A stretch of DNA of 64,000 nt, taken from positions 224,001 to 288,000 of the forward strand of contig CAVVXN010000005.1 of assembly GCA_963752285.1 (NCBI GenBank). The letters run 5' to 3'. The DNA comes from an uncultured Planctomycetota bacterium (GTDB lineage Bacteria > Planctomycetota > PLA2 > JAEUHO01). This document shows positions 36,955 through 46,674 of the stretch, piece by piece. The translations under genes and the position numbers were made by a program. Position 1 is the stretch's first letter, and each line of letters begins with the position of its first letter. The notes beneath the pieces were generated by a model that saw only the letters and a program-made list of their open reading frames with translations, searched no databases and was not told the DNA's origin.

Positions 36955-39375
36955 TCACGGCCCGGTTCGGGTCAGGCGGGCCAGCACGCGGGCGGCCGTC
37001 TCCTTCGCCGCGGGCCCGACCTGGCCGCGCGGTCCGACGCACGAGGGACACCCGTCGGCGCAGGGGCAGGCGGCGAGGCGCTCGGCGGCCCCGGCGAGGA
37101 GCTCGGGCACGCGCAGGTACAGCGCCTCGGAGAGGCCGATCCCGCCCGCGTACTGGTCGTACAGGAAGATCGTCGGGTCGAACCGGTCGAGCTCCGGCGG
37201 CGGCGGCGCGGGATGGCCCGGCCACGCCGGGGTCGAGAACCACGCGCGCGCGCGGTCGCCGATCACGACCCCGAGGTCGCGGCCGTCGCACATGAGGAGC
37301 AGCGCCGCGAGGCCGTGTACGAGGTGCGCGATGCCGTGGAGCGCGTCGAGCGCGTCGCTCGGTCGAACCTCGAGGCTCCGGAGCAGCGCGCCCGGCACGG
37401 TGAACCACACGGCCTGCGTGTGGTACGTGTCCTCGGGGAGCGCGATCTCGCCCCAGCCGAGGTTCTCCTGCGTGTAGAACTTGATCTTCTTGTAGCCCAC
37501 CGCCTTGCGGACGACCTGCACCTCGCCGTACTCGCACGGCACCGGGAGGGGGGCGGGGACGACGTCTTGGGCGCCGAGCACGTCCCGACGGACCTCGGCC
37601 TCGCGCAGCACCTGGAGCACCTTCACCTGCGCGTAGCTCAGCGCGTCGGTGTAGTACTCCGACTCCACGCGGCGCACGAACGCCTTCCGGCGCTCCCAGT
37701 CGAGGCGGTCCACGTGGTACTGCTCCGACTGCACCATGTAGATGGCGCCCTCGTGGATCGTCGTGAAGGCCCACGAGTAGTCCACCTCGGCGATGACCTC
37801 GTTCGCGCTCGTCGTCGTGTCCACGACCACGAAGTTCGAGGAGGTCACGCTGCGGAGGGAGATCTCGTTGGCGGGATACGCGTCCGCGGACCAGTGCCAG
37901 CGCTCGCCGGCGTGGCGCAGCCGCCCGCGCTCCTCGAGGAAGGCGAGGATCTCGGGCACGTCCTCGGCGCCGCTCCCCGCGCCGTACGCCTCGCCGTCCT
38001 CGAGGGGCAGCTCGAACGCCGCGCACTTGAGGTGGCTCGCGAGGATCTGGAGGTTGTCCGGGTTGACCTGGGCGCACTCGGGGGACGCCGAGAGCAGGTA
38101 CTCCGGGTGGTCGGCGAGGTGCTGGTCGAGCGGCGCGGAGCGGAGTACGAGCACCGTGGCGCTCGCCCCCTGCCGGCGCCCGGCGCGTCCGGCCTGCTGC
38201 CGCGTGCTCGCCACGGTGCCCGGGTAGCCGGCGATGACGCAGGCGTCGAGCGACCCGATGTCCACGCCGAGCTCGAGCGCGTTCGTCGAGACGACGCCGA
38301 GGATCGAGCCGTCGCGGAGCCCGCGCTCGATCTCGCGCCGCTCGCGCGGGAGGTAGCCGCCCCGGTAGCCGACGACGCGTGGCCTCGGGTCGATGTGGCT
38401 GCGGAAGGCGTCCTTCAGGTACTTCGTCATGACCTCGGTGGTCGTGCGCGCGCCCGCGAAGACGATGGTGTGGACGCCGGTAGAGAGGAACGCCTTCGCG
38501 GCCTCGCGGGCGACGGCGAGGTACGACGCACGGAGCCCGAGGGCCGGGTTCACGACCGGCGGGTTCAGCACGACGAAGTGCCGCTCGCCGAGAGGGGCGC
38601 CGTTCTCCTCGACGAGCGCGACCGGCCGCTCGAGCAGTCGCTCCGCGAACTCCCGCGCGTTCCCGATGGTGGCGCTCGTCGCCACGAACACGGGATCGGA
38701 GCCGTGGAAGCGGCACACGCGCCGCAGGCGCCGGAGCACGTTCGCCAGGTGGCTCCCGAACACGCCGCGGTACGTGTGGAGCTCGTCCACCACGACCACC
38801 TTCAGGTTCTCGAACACGCGCATCCATCGCGCGTGGTGGGGGAGCACGGCCGTGTGGAGCATGTCCGGGTTCGAGAGGACGACCTGCGCGCGGTCCCGGA
38901 TGACGCGCCGCTCGCCGGGCGGGGTGTCGCCGTCGTAGACGGCTGCGGCGAGGTCTCCCGAGGCCGCGCGCATGAGCTCCTGGAGCTCGGCGGCCTGGTC
39001 CCGGGCCAGGGCCTTGGTCGGGAAGAGATAGAGGGCGCGGCCGCCGGGGTCCCGGAGCAGGCGCTCCAGGACCGGGAGGTTGTAGCAGAGGGTCTTCCCG
39101 CTCGCGGTGGGGGTGACGACGACGGTGTCGCGGCCGGCGGCCACGTGGTCGTACGCCTCGCGCTGGTGGACGTAGAGACGAGAGATGCCGCGGGCCCGGA
39201 GCGCCGGCCCGAGCCGGGGATCGAGGCCGTCGGGCAGCTCGGCCCACCGGGCCTCGCACGCGGGCTCCACCCGGTGGACGACGATCCCCGGTCCGAGGAA
39301 GGGGTCCGCGCGGATGCCCGCGAGCACCGTCCGTACGTCGGCGGGGGCTACGCGACCCGGCGGGACGTTCGGCAC
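36955..39375 (-). CDS. DEAD/DEAH-box helicase with DUF1998 (YprA/MrfA/Hrq1 family)
   Basis: PTASGKT, PTKALARDQ, NPDMLH, DELH, SATI, TNALELGVDIG, QQAGRAGR, C-terminal CxCxxGCPSC. Start approximate. Confidence 0.92.
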   Translation of the reverse strand: MPNVPPGRVAPADVRTVLAGIRADPFLGPGIVVHRVEPACEARWAELPDGLDPRLGPALRARGISRLYVHQREAYDHVAAGRDTVVVTPTASGKTLCYNLPVLERLLRDPGGRALYLFPTKALARDQAAELQELMRAASGDLAAAVYDGDTPPGERRVIRDRAQVVLSNPDMLHTAVLPHHARWMRVFENLKVVVVDELHTYRGVFGSHLANVLRRLRRVCRFHGSDPVFVATSATIGNAREFAERLLERPVALVEENGAPLGERHFVVLNPPVVNPALGLRASYLAVAREAAKAFLSTGVHTIVFAGARTTTEVMTKYLKDAFRSHIDPRPRVVGYRGGYLPRERREIERGLRDGSILGVVSTNALELGVDIGSLDACVIAGYPGTVASTRQQAGRAGRRQGASATVLVLRSAPLDQHLADHPEYLLSASPECAQVNPDNLQILASHLKCAAFELPLEDGEAYGAGSGAEDVPEILAFLEERGRLRHAGERWHWSADAYPANEISLRSVTSSNFVVVDTTTSANEVIAEVDYSWAFTTIHEGAIYMVQSEQYHVDRLDWERRKAFVRRVESEYYTDALSYAQVKVLQVLREAEVRRDVLGAQDVVPAPLPVPCEYGEVQVVRKAVGYKKIKFYTQENLGWGEIALPEDTYHTQAVWFTVPGALLRSLEVRPSDALDALHGIAHLVHGLAALLLMCDGRDLGVVIGDRARAWFSTPAWPGHPAPPPPELDRFDPTIFLYDQYAGGIGLSEALYLRVPELLAGAAERLAACPCADGCPSCVGPRGQVGPAAKETAARVLARLTRTGP

Positions 39376-39508
39376 GAGGGGCCTCCGAAGAGCGCCTCCG
39401 ACGGCCGATCGCGGTTGCGGCGCGCCGAGGTGCACGGAGGATACGGGCGCCCGGGGACGGACCGGCGCCCCCGGGATCGTGGTATGCCTCCCGCGTCTGG
39501 AGTGCCCG

Positions 39509-40333
39509 GTGAAACACGCGGCTCGCAGAACGAACGGCCCGGTCCGCCTGACGGCCACGGAGGTCGAGCAGATGCGCGAGGCCGGCCGCCTGGCGGCCCG
39601 GATCCTCGACGAGGTGGCGGGGATGATCGAGCCCGGCGTCTCCACCGAGGAGATCAACCGGGTCGTGGACGCGCGCACGCGGGAGGCGGGCGCAGTCAGC
39701 GCCCCGTACGGCTACCCCGCGGGGAGCCCCCACCCGTTCCCCAAGCACTGCTGCATTTCCTTGAACGACGTGGTCTGCCACGGGATCCCCGACCCCCGGA
39801 CCCTCCTCGCCGAGGGGGACATCGTCAACGTGGACGTGACGCCTCGTCTCGCCGGCTTCCACGGGGACACCAGCCGGACCTTCCTGGTCGGGCGGGTGGA
39901 CCCGGAGGCCCGTCGCCTCGTCGAGGACACGTTCGAGGCGATGCGCCGCGGCATCGCGGTCGTCCGGCCGGGCGCCACGGTCGGCGACATCGGCCACGCC
40001 ATCCAGCGATTCGCCGAGCGGCGGGGATACTCCGTGGTCCGCCAGTTCGCGGGACACGGCATCGGGCGGATCTTCCACGGGCAGCCGACGATCTCGCACA
40101 CCGGCCGACCGGGCGAGGGCCTCGTGCTGCTCCCGGGCATGACCTTCACCATCGAGCCGATGGTGAACGTGGGCGACTGGCGCTGCGCGATCCTGCCGGA
40201 CCACTGGACCGCGGTGACGGTGGACGGGTCCCTCTCGGCGCAGTTCGAGCACACCTTGACGGTGACCGAGGACGGCGTGGACGTCCTGACCCTGGGCGAG
40301 AACGAGACCCTGGACCTCACGGTCGAGGACTGA
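39509..40333 (+). CDS. map: Methionine aminopeptidase type I
   Basis: CISLNDVVCHGIP, NVDVT, HGDTSRT, GHGIG, FTIEPM, SAQFEHT. Confidence 0.95.
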   Translation: MKHAARRTNGPVRLTATEVEQMREAGRLAARILDEVAGMIEPGVSTEEINRVVDARTREAGAVSAPYGYPAGSPHPFPKHCCISLNDVVCHGIPDPRTLLAEGDIVNVDVTPRLAGFHGDTSRTFLVGRVDPEARRLVEDTFEAMRRGIAVVRPGATVGDIGHAIQRFAERRGYSVVRQFAGHGIGRIFHGQPTISHTGRPGEGLVLLPGMTFTIEPMVNVGDWRCAILPDHWTAVTVDGSLSAQFEHTLTVTEDGVDVLTLGENETLDLTVED

Positions 40334-40427
40334 CGGCGTAGGTTGTACGGAGGCGGGGCAATTTCCGCCGCTCTGCTCGCCTCCGTACCTCGTACGAAGT
40401 AGACTCCCGCGCCTCGGGAGGCGAACG

Positions 40428-41927
40428 ATGCTCGAGGACCTGCGGCGCACGCGCATCGACAAGGTCGAGGCGCTTCGGAGCGAGGGGATCGCCCCGTACG
40501 CCGAGCGCTACCCGATCACGCACCGACTCGACAGGGCCCGCGCGCTCGTCGAGTCGGGGGACGCTCCCGACGCGGCCGTCCGCGTCGCGGGCCGCGTCGT
40601 CCTCGTCCGGTCGTTCGGGAAGCTCGTCTTCTTCCACCTCCTCGACGGCACGGGACGCCTCCAGATGGCGCTCGACGCCCGCACGGTCGGCGCCGAGACG
40701 ATGGACCGCTTCGCGCGCCTCGTGGACCTCGGCGACCACGTCGGGGTCGAGGGCACGCTCGGTCGGACGAAGAAGGGCGAGCCGACCGTCTTCGCGAGCG
40801 CCTGGACGTTCCTCTCGAAGGCGCTCCGGCCCCTCCCCGAGAAGTGGCACGGCCTCTCCGACGTCGAGGCGCGCCAGCGCGACCGGGTGCTCGACCTCGT
40901 CACGAACCCGGAGACCCGCGAGCGCTTCCGCCTGCGCGCGCGCGTGCTCCGCGCGCTCCGCGCCTGGCTCGACGACAACGGGTTCGAGGAGGTCGAGACG
41001 CCCGTCCTGCAGACGAAGGTGTCGGGCGCCCTCGCCCGTCCCTTCCTCACCCACCACAACGCCCTCGACCTCGACCTCGTGCTGCGCATCGCGCCCGAGA
41101 CGTGGCTCAAGCAGTGCGTGGCCGGGGGCATCGACCGGGTCTACGAGGTCGCGCGGTGCTTCCGGAACGAGGGTATGGACCCCTCGCACCTGCAGGACTT
41201 CACGATGGTGGAGTGGTACGCGGCGTACTGGAACTACGTGGACAACATGGACTTCACCGAGCGTCTCGTCCTCCATCTGCTGGACGAGGTGGTCGGCGCG
41301 CGCCGGCTCCGCCACGGGGAGCACGAGATCGACTTCACGCCGCCCTGGCCGCGCCGGAGCATGCACGACCTCGTGCTCGAGGACTCGGGGATCGACTACG
41401 ACCGGTATCCCGACGCCCCGTCGCTCCTGGCGGCGATCCGTGCGCAGGGGATCGTGCTGGAACATCCGGAGCTCCTGCGCCTCGGCCGCGGGTCCCTGAT
41501 CGACCTGCTCTACAAGAAGGTCTCCCGGCCGAAGCTCGTGAACCCGACGTTCCTCGTCGGGCACCCGATCGACCTGTCGCCCCTCGCGCGCCGGAACGAC
41601 TCGGACCCCACGAAGGTCGATCGCTACCAGCTCCTCGTCCGGGGCTGGGAGATCGTGAACGCCTACAGCGAGCTCGTAGACCCGCTCGACCAGCGCGCGC
41701 GCTTCGAGGCGCAGGCGGCGGCCCGCGCGGCCGGCGACGACGAGGCCCTGGAGGTGGACGAGGACTACCTCCGCGCGATGGAGCAGGGGATGCCCCCGAT
41801 GAGCGGCTGGGGGATGGGCATCGACCGGTTCGTGTCGCTCCTGACGAACCAGGACACGCTCCGCGAGACCGTGCTCTTCCCGCTCCTGAAGCCGATCGCC
41901 GAGACGGAGCCGGAGCCGCTCCCTTGA
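40428..41927 (+). CDS. lysS: Lysine--tRNA ligase (class II)
   Basis: PLPEKWHGL, EVETPVL, GALARPF, LRIAPE, FRNEG, SPLAR, EIVNAYSEL, GMPPMSGWGMGIDR. Confidence 0.96.
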   Translation: MLEDLRRTRIDKVEALRSEGIAPYAERYPITHRLDRARALVESGDAPDAAVRVAGRVVLVRSFGKLVFFHLLDGTGRLQMALDARTVGAETMDRFARLVDLGDHVGVEGTLGRTKKGEPTVFASAWTFLSKALRPLPEKWHGLSDVEARQRDRVLDLVTNPETRERFRLRARVLRALRAWLDDNGFEEVETPVLQTKVSGALARPFLTHHNALDLDLVLRIAPETWLKQCVAGGIDRVYEVARCFRNEGMDPSHLQDFTMVEWYAAYWNYVDNMDFTERLVLHLLDEVVGARRLRHGEHEIDFTPPWPRRSMHDLVLEDSGIDYDRYPDAPSLLAAIRAQGIVLEHPELLRLGRGSLIDLLYKKVSRPKLVNPTFLVGHPIDLSPLARRNDSDPTKVDRYQLLVRGWEIVNAYSELVDPLDQRARFEAQAAARAAGDDEALEVDEDYLRAMEQGMPPMSGWGMGIDRFVSLLTNQDTLRETVLFPLLKPIAETEPEPLP

Positions 41928-43578
41928 CGGCGGGAAGCGCGCTCGCCGTCCCGTCGGCGGCCGCGCGGTGGGCCGTCCTCGCGCTCCTTCTCGCCACGGT
42001 CCTGACCGCCTTCGTCCCGCGCGACCTCTGGACCCCGGACGAGCAGCGCTACGGCGAGGTCCCGCGCGAGATGCTCCGCTCGGGCGACCTCGTCGTGCCG
42101 CACCTGAACGCCAGGCCCTACGCCGAGAAGCCCCCGGTGTTCTTCTGGGCCGTGGCGATCCTCTCGCTCCCCTCGGGCGACGTCACGTCGTTCACCGCGC
42201 GGCTCGCGGGCTGTCTCTTCGCCGCGGGCGCGTTCCTGCTCGTCCACCGGCTCGGTCGTCGCCTCGCCGACGACGACCGCGCCGGCGCGATCGCCGCGTT
42301 CGCCTTCGGGACCTCGCTCCTCCTCCTCTTCAACGCGACCCGCGCGACGATGGACCTCGCGCTGACCTTCTTCGTCCTCCTCTCGATCGAGCGCGGCTTC
42401 GCCTGGCTCGACCGCGGCGGCGCCGGCCGCGCGCTCGTCTCCGGCGTCGCCGCTGCGGCGGCGGTCCTCGCGAAGGGGCCGCTCGGCGTCCTCCTCCCCG
42501 CGTTCGCGATCGGGGCCCGCGCGCTCCTCGGCCCGCGTCCCCCCCCGCGGTCGGCGGGCTGGTGGATCGCGCCGCTCGCCCTCTCGGGCGGCGTGGCCCT
42601 CTGGCTCGTGCCCGCCGCCGTACTCGGGGGCGAGGCCTACCGCGACCGCCTCTTCGGACAGATCCTCTCCCGAACGAGCGGCGCCGAGGCGCACCACGTC
42701 CAGGGCGTCCTCTACTACTTCCCCCTCCTCGCGGCCACCGGGCTCCCCTGGACGCTCCACGGTCTCGCGGGCGCCGCGCGCGCGTTCGGCCCACGGCGCG
42801 CGGGGGCGCCGGGCCCGGGGCTTTGCGCGCTCGCGATCGCCGGTGTGCTCGGCCTGGTCGTCCTCTCCCTCGCGGCGACGAAGCGCGAGGTCTACCCGAT
42901 CCCCGTCCTCGCGCTGCTCGCCCTGCCGGCGGGCGCGGCCGTGGTCGAGGCGCGTCCGGGTCGGCTCGTCCGCGCGGGGAAGCACCTCCTCCTCGCCGCC
43001 GCGCCGGTCGGCGCGCTCCTCTGCCTCGCGCTGCCGTTCCTCGGGACGAAGCTCTTCGTGAAGGGCGAGCCGTGGCCCGACACGCTCTTCGACGGCGCGC
43101 GATTCCTCCACCTCCTGCCCGCGTTCCTCGTATTCGTGCTCGGGAGCGTGTGGGCGTTTCGCCGCCGCGGGGACGGGACCCGGGTCGCGCTCCAGGCGGG
43201 CGTCGTCCTCGCGGTGGGGGCGCTGCTCGTGAAGGCGGCGATCTACCCCGAGATCGACGCGTTGAAGTCGTTCGGGAACGTCGCACGCGCGGCCCTCGAG
43301 GCGTCGGACGGCCGCGAGGTGGTGGTCGCGGGGCCGATCGAGGACGACTGGCTCTGGAACCTCGACCGGCCGCGCGTCTCGGCGATGGCGGACCTCGCGG
43401 CGCTCGTCGGTCGGCTCGGGCGGGGGGGACGGCCGGCGCGGCGATCGTCGAGTCGAAGTGGTGGGACGCGGCGCGGGAGCGCGCGGCGCCGGACGTCCGC
43501 GAGGCGGCGGAACGCCTCCACGAGACCGCGCGCGTCCGCGCCGAGCACCGGACCTATCTGATCCTCCGCTCCGACTAG
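41924..43578 (+). CDS. ArnT-like (GT-C) glycosyltransferase with an apparent frameshift near the 3' end
   Basis: TTGA overlap with lysS; LWTPDEQRY..VPREM..GD..VPHLN..Y.EKPP, KGP and multiple TM helices. Coding-like sequence switches frame at the G runs at 43418-43428 and ends at TAG 43578. Confidence 0.8.
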
Positions 43579-43603
43579 AAGCCTCCGGATTCGAGTGACG
43601 CGG

Positions 43604-45637
43604 TCAGTCGGTGTGGAAGGTCCACGTGAACCGGCGGGTGCGGCCGCCCTCGTCCGTCGCCGTCCACTCCGCCCAGTACTGCTGCTTCGGCTCGAGCGGC
43701 TGGTCGGGGAGGAAGAACGCCGTTCCGTCGTTGTCGGCGTGCGTCGCGGCGATCGGGTGTTCCGGCGCGTAGGCGTGGCCCGGGAGCGCCGTCTCGCCGT
43801 CGCCGAAGAAGAGGCGGACCTTCGCATCGTGGAGCCCGAGCGGCCAGAGCGTGACCGAGATCGGGTAGCCGCGGGGCGCCTCGTAGACGTCGGGCGCGTC
43901 GTCGGGGTGCGGGGCCTCGCCCGACGCGCGGAGCGGGACGTTTCGCTGACCGGGCGCGGGCACGCACACGGGTGCGCCGCGCGCCGACGCGTCGCCGCTC
44001 CCGGTCCAGACGACGCACCAGGAGCCGTTTCGGCGCGCGACGCCAAGGCCCGCGCCGCCCTCCTCCGCCGCGAGCCAGTGGGTGCGGTGGAGCATCGTGC
44101 GCTCGATCTGGCGCACCACCGACGCGGCGTCCCCCTGGCCCACGCACGAGCTCGAGGCCGCCCGGAGCCCAGCTTCCGTGTAACCCGGGCGCCCGGCGTC
44201 CTCGGTGTGCGCCGCGCCCTCGCCGGCGTCGCTCCGCGGCGACGCGTTCCGCGCGAGGTAGGCGGCGTGGAGCGCGGCGCCGCGCGCCTTCTCGCCGTCG
44301 AAGGCGAGCGGGGCGAGGCCGATTCCGTTCCGGAATGCGTTGAGCGCCGCGAGTCCCTGGAGCGGGTCGGCCGGCGCCCCCCTCGGGGCGGGCTCCGGCG
44401 TCGTGGTGATCCGCCACCCCTCGGCCGCCCGCTCCAGCGCGAACGAGAGCGCGTCGCGCGCGTCGGGCAGCCGGCGTCCGGCGCCCACGGGCCGGAACGC
44501 GCCGCCGGCCCACGCCAGCCGGTCGGCCGAACCGTCGAACCGACCGTCGAGATCGACGTCCCAGAACAGGATCTCCCTCTTCACCGCCGTACCGCGCAGG
44601 AGCGAGGCGGAGCACGCGTACCAGCGGCCGCGCTTGGCGTAGAGGAGCACCGGGCGCGTGCCCCTCGGCCCCACGTGGACGACCGCCGTCTCGCCGGGGT
44701 GGAGTCGCGTCTCGAACGCGCCGTCGCCCTCCGCGTCCACCACGAGGTCGCCCTCGACGACGCGCGCCGCGCGCGGCGACGCCGGCCACGTCGAGGGGTC
44801 GATCGGCGGGATCTCGCGTTCGGCCTCCGCGGGCACGCGCTCCCAGTCGAGGTCCTCGGCCGGCGCGAGCGCGACGCCCGTCGCGACGCCGGGGGCCGAG
44901 GCGCCCTCGAGACGCTCGAGCCACGCGTCCACCACCCGCGCGGTCGATCCGGAGAGCCGTTCGCGCGCGGCGCGGAGCCGCTCGGCCGCCCGTGCGGTCC
45001 CGACGCCCTCGAAGAGTCGGGTCGCGGCGGACTCCCCGGCGCGGCTGTCGAGCGTGCGCGCCTCCTGCGCCAGGATCGCCAGCATGTCCGCGCCAAAGGT
45101 GACGAGGGCGCGCTCCGCGCCGTCCCGCTCGCGCGGGCTGTTCGCGACGAGGTGCGCCACGACGTCGCGGGCCCAGCGCGTCTCCTCGGGATCCGGCGCT
45201 CCAGTCGGCGACGTTCCGCGCGCCGGCGGGGTCGCGCCGAGGAGCGCCGCCTCGATCTCGTCGAGCCGTTTCGCGGTCACGCCGCGCGCGCCCTCCCGCA
45301 GGCGGCGGATCCGCCCGCCGACCTCGTCCCGGCCCCACGCGAAGAGCACGCGGTCGCGCGCGTCCCGCCGCGGCGCGTCGGTCCACGCGGCGGTCTCGTC
45401 GATCACGAGGGCGAGCGCGTCGGGACCGAACGCGACGAGCGCCGCCTCCGCGCCCGCCGCGACGCGCGGGCTCTCCGCGTCGAGGGCGTCGAGGCACGCC
45501 TCGACCCACCTGCGTTCCTCGCGACTCGGCTCCCGCGCGAGCGCCCGCGACGCGCCCACGAGTGCCAGGATCGCGAGGAACGCCGCTGCGCTCCCGCTTC
45601 GCGCGGCACGTCCCCGCGGCGTCCCGGGGATCCCCAC
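43604..45637 (-). CDS. Exported protein with HEAT-like N-terminus and CAP (SCP-like) domain
   Basis: LNAFRNGIGLAPL...ALHAAYL...AHTE...PGYT...LHRTHWL; signal peptide. Confidence 0.75.
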   Translation of the reverse strand: MGIPGTPRGRAARSGSAAAFLAILALVGASRALAREPSREERRWVEACLDALDAESPRVAAGAEAALVAFGPDALALVIDETAAWTDAPRRDARDRVLFAWGRDEVGGRIRRLREGARGVTAKRLDEIEAALLGATPPARGTSPTGAPDPEETRWARDVVAHLVANSPRERDGAERALVTFGADMLAILAQEARTLDSRAGESAATRLFEGVGTARAAERLRAARERLSGSTARVVDAWLERLEGASAPGVATGVALAPAEDLDWERVPAEAEREIPPIDPSTWPASPRAARVVEGDLVVDAEGDGAFETRLHPGETAVVHVGPRGTRPVLLYAKRGRWYACSASLLRGTAVKREILFWDVDLDGRFDGSADRLAWAGGAFRPVGAGRRLPDARDALSFALERAAEGWRITTTPEPAPRGAPADPLQGLAALNAFRNGIGLAPLAFDGEKARGAALHAAYLARNASPRSDAGEGAAHTEDAGRPGYTEAGLRAASSSCVGQGDAASVVRQIERTMLHRTHWLAAEEGGAGLGVARRNGSWCVVWTGSGDASARGAPVCVPAPGQRNVPLRASGEAPHPDDAPDVYEAPRGYPISVTLWPLGLHDAKVRLFFGDGETALPGHAYAPEHPIAATHADNDGTAFFLPDQPLEPKQQYWAEWTATDEGGRTRRFTWTFHTD

Positions 45638-46474
45638 CTATCCTCCCCGGAGGCTCGTGATCGCGTCCTGGCACGCGGTCTTCACCTGCAACGCGGTCTC
45701 GTCCTCGATCGCCTTCTCGAGGAGGGGGATCGTGTCCGCCCGCTTCGAGTGCTTCATGCCGGTCGCCGCGGCGGCGCGCGCCCGTCCGTTCTTGTCGTTT
45801 CGGAGAGCGTCGTCGAGTCGGGCGATCGCCTCGTCCGTCGCGAGATACCCGAGCGCCTCCAGCGTGTACGAACGGATCGTGTCCTTCCTGTGGTCCGCGT
45901 ACTGGAAGAGGACGTCCACCACGCGCGGGTCGGTCGGCGCCGACTGGGCGAGCGCGAGCGCACACGCGCCCACGACCTCGATCTTCGTCCGTGCGTTCGT
46001 CATGACGTCGAGCAACGGGGCGGTCGCGCGGTCGTCCTTGGTCTTCGCCAGGGCCTGGGCCGCGGATTGCGCGACGAGGAAGTTCTTCGATCGGAGTGCG
46101 TCCTTGCCGCAGAGGAACTCGATGCTCTTCTTGCCCCCGATCTTCGAGAGCGCCTGGAAGGCCTTCGACACGTACTCCTGGTTCTTGTTGCCCGTCGCGA
46201 ACTCCATCAGCGCGTCGCGCGACGCGCGCGAGGCCTCGGCGCCGAGGTCCTCGAGCATGCCGGTCACGACCTCCTGGTTCTTCTCGGCCTCCAGGCGCGC
46301 CAGGATCTCCTTCACCCTCTTGTCGTGCGCCTTCTTCTCCTCGCCCTTGAGCTCCGGCTCCTCGTCGCTCGCCGCGGCCTGGTCGTCCGCGCGGGCGCGC
46401 GGCGGCGCCAGGGCGCCGAAGAGCGTCCCGGCGAGGATCCCGATCCCGATCCACCCGACGACGCGCATGCGCAT
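45638..46474 (-). CDS. Exported HEAT repeat protein
   Basis: Signal peptide; repeated HEAT units (VAQSAAQALAK, IRSYTLEALGY, ARAAAATGM). Confidence 0.8.
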   Translation of the reverse strand: MRMRVVGWIGIGILAGTLFGALAPPRARADDQAAASDEEPELKGEEKKAHDKRVKEILARLEAEKNQEVVTGMLEDLGAEASRASRDALMEFATGNKNQEYVSKAFQALSKIGGKKSIEFLCGKDALRSKNFLVAQSAAQALAKTKDDRATAPLLDVMTNARTKIEVVGACALALAQSAPTDPRVVDVLFQYADHRKDTIRSYTLEALGYLATDEAIARLDDALRNDKNGRARAAAATGMKHSKRADTIPLLEKAIEDETALQVKTACQDAITSLRGG

Positions 46475-46674
46475 GACTGGATCCCCCGTCCGTACCGATC
46501 GATCGCTCGCAGCATAGCACCGCGCGGTCCGCGGTCGGATCGGCGGGGTGGACCGCGCGGGTCCCTGCCGGAGGGGCCCACCGCCCCGCGCGAACCGGCG
46601 CGGCGTGCGGACCGTTCACGAAGGTGGTCGGTGCGTGCGGAAGCGAACGAGGACGCGACGGCGGAGGCGGATCC

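Noticed and set aside
45635..45640. TAG read-through (pyrrolysine) joining the HEAT and CAP genes
   Set aside because: GGAGGA RBS just before the GTG and a separate signal peptide indicate ordinary translational coupling.
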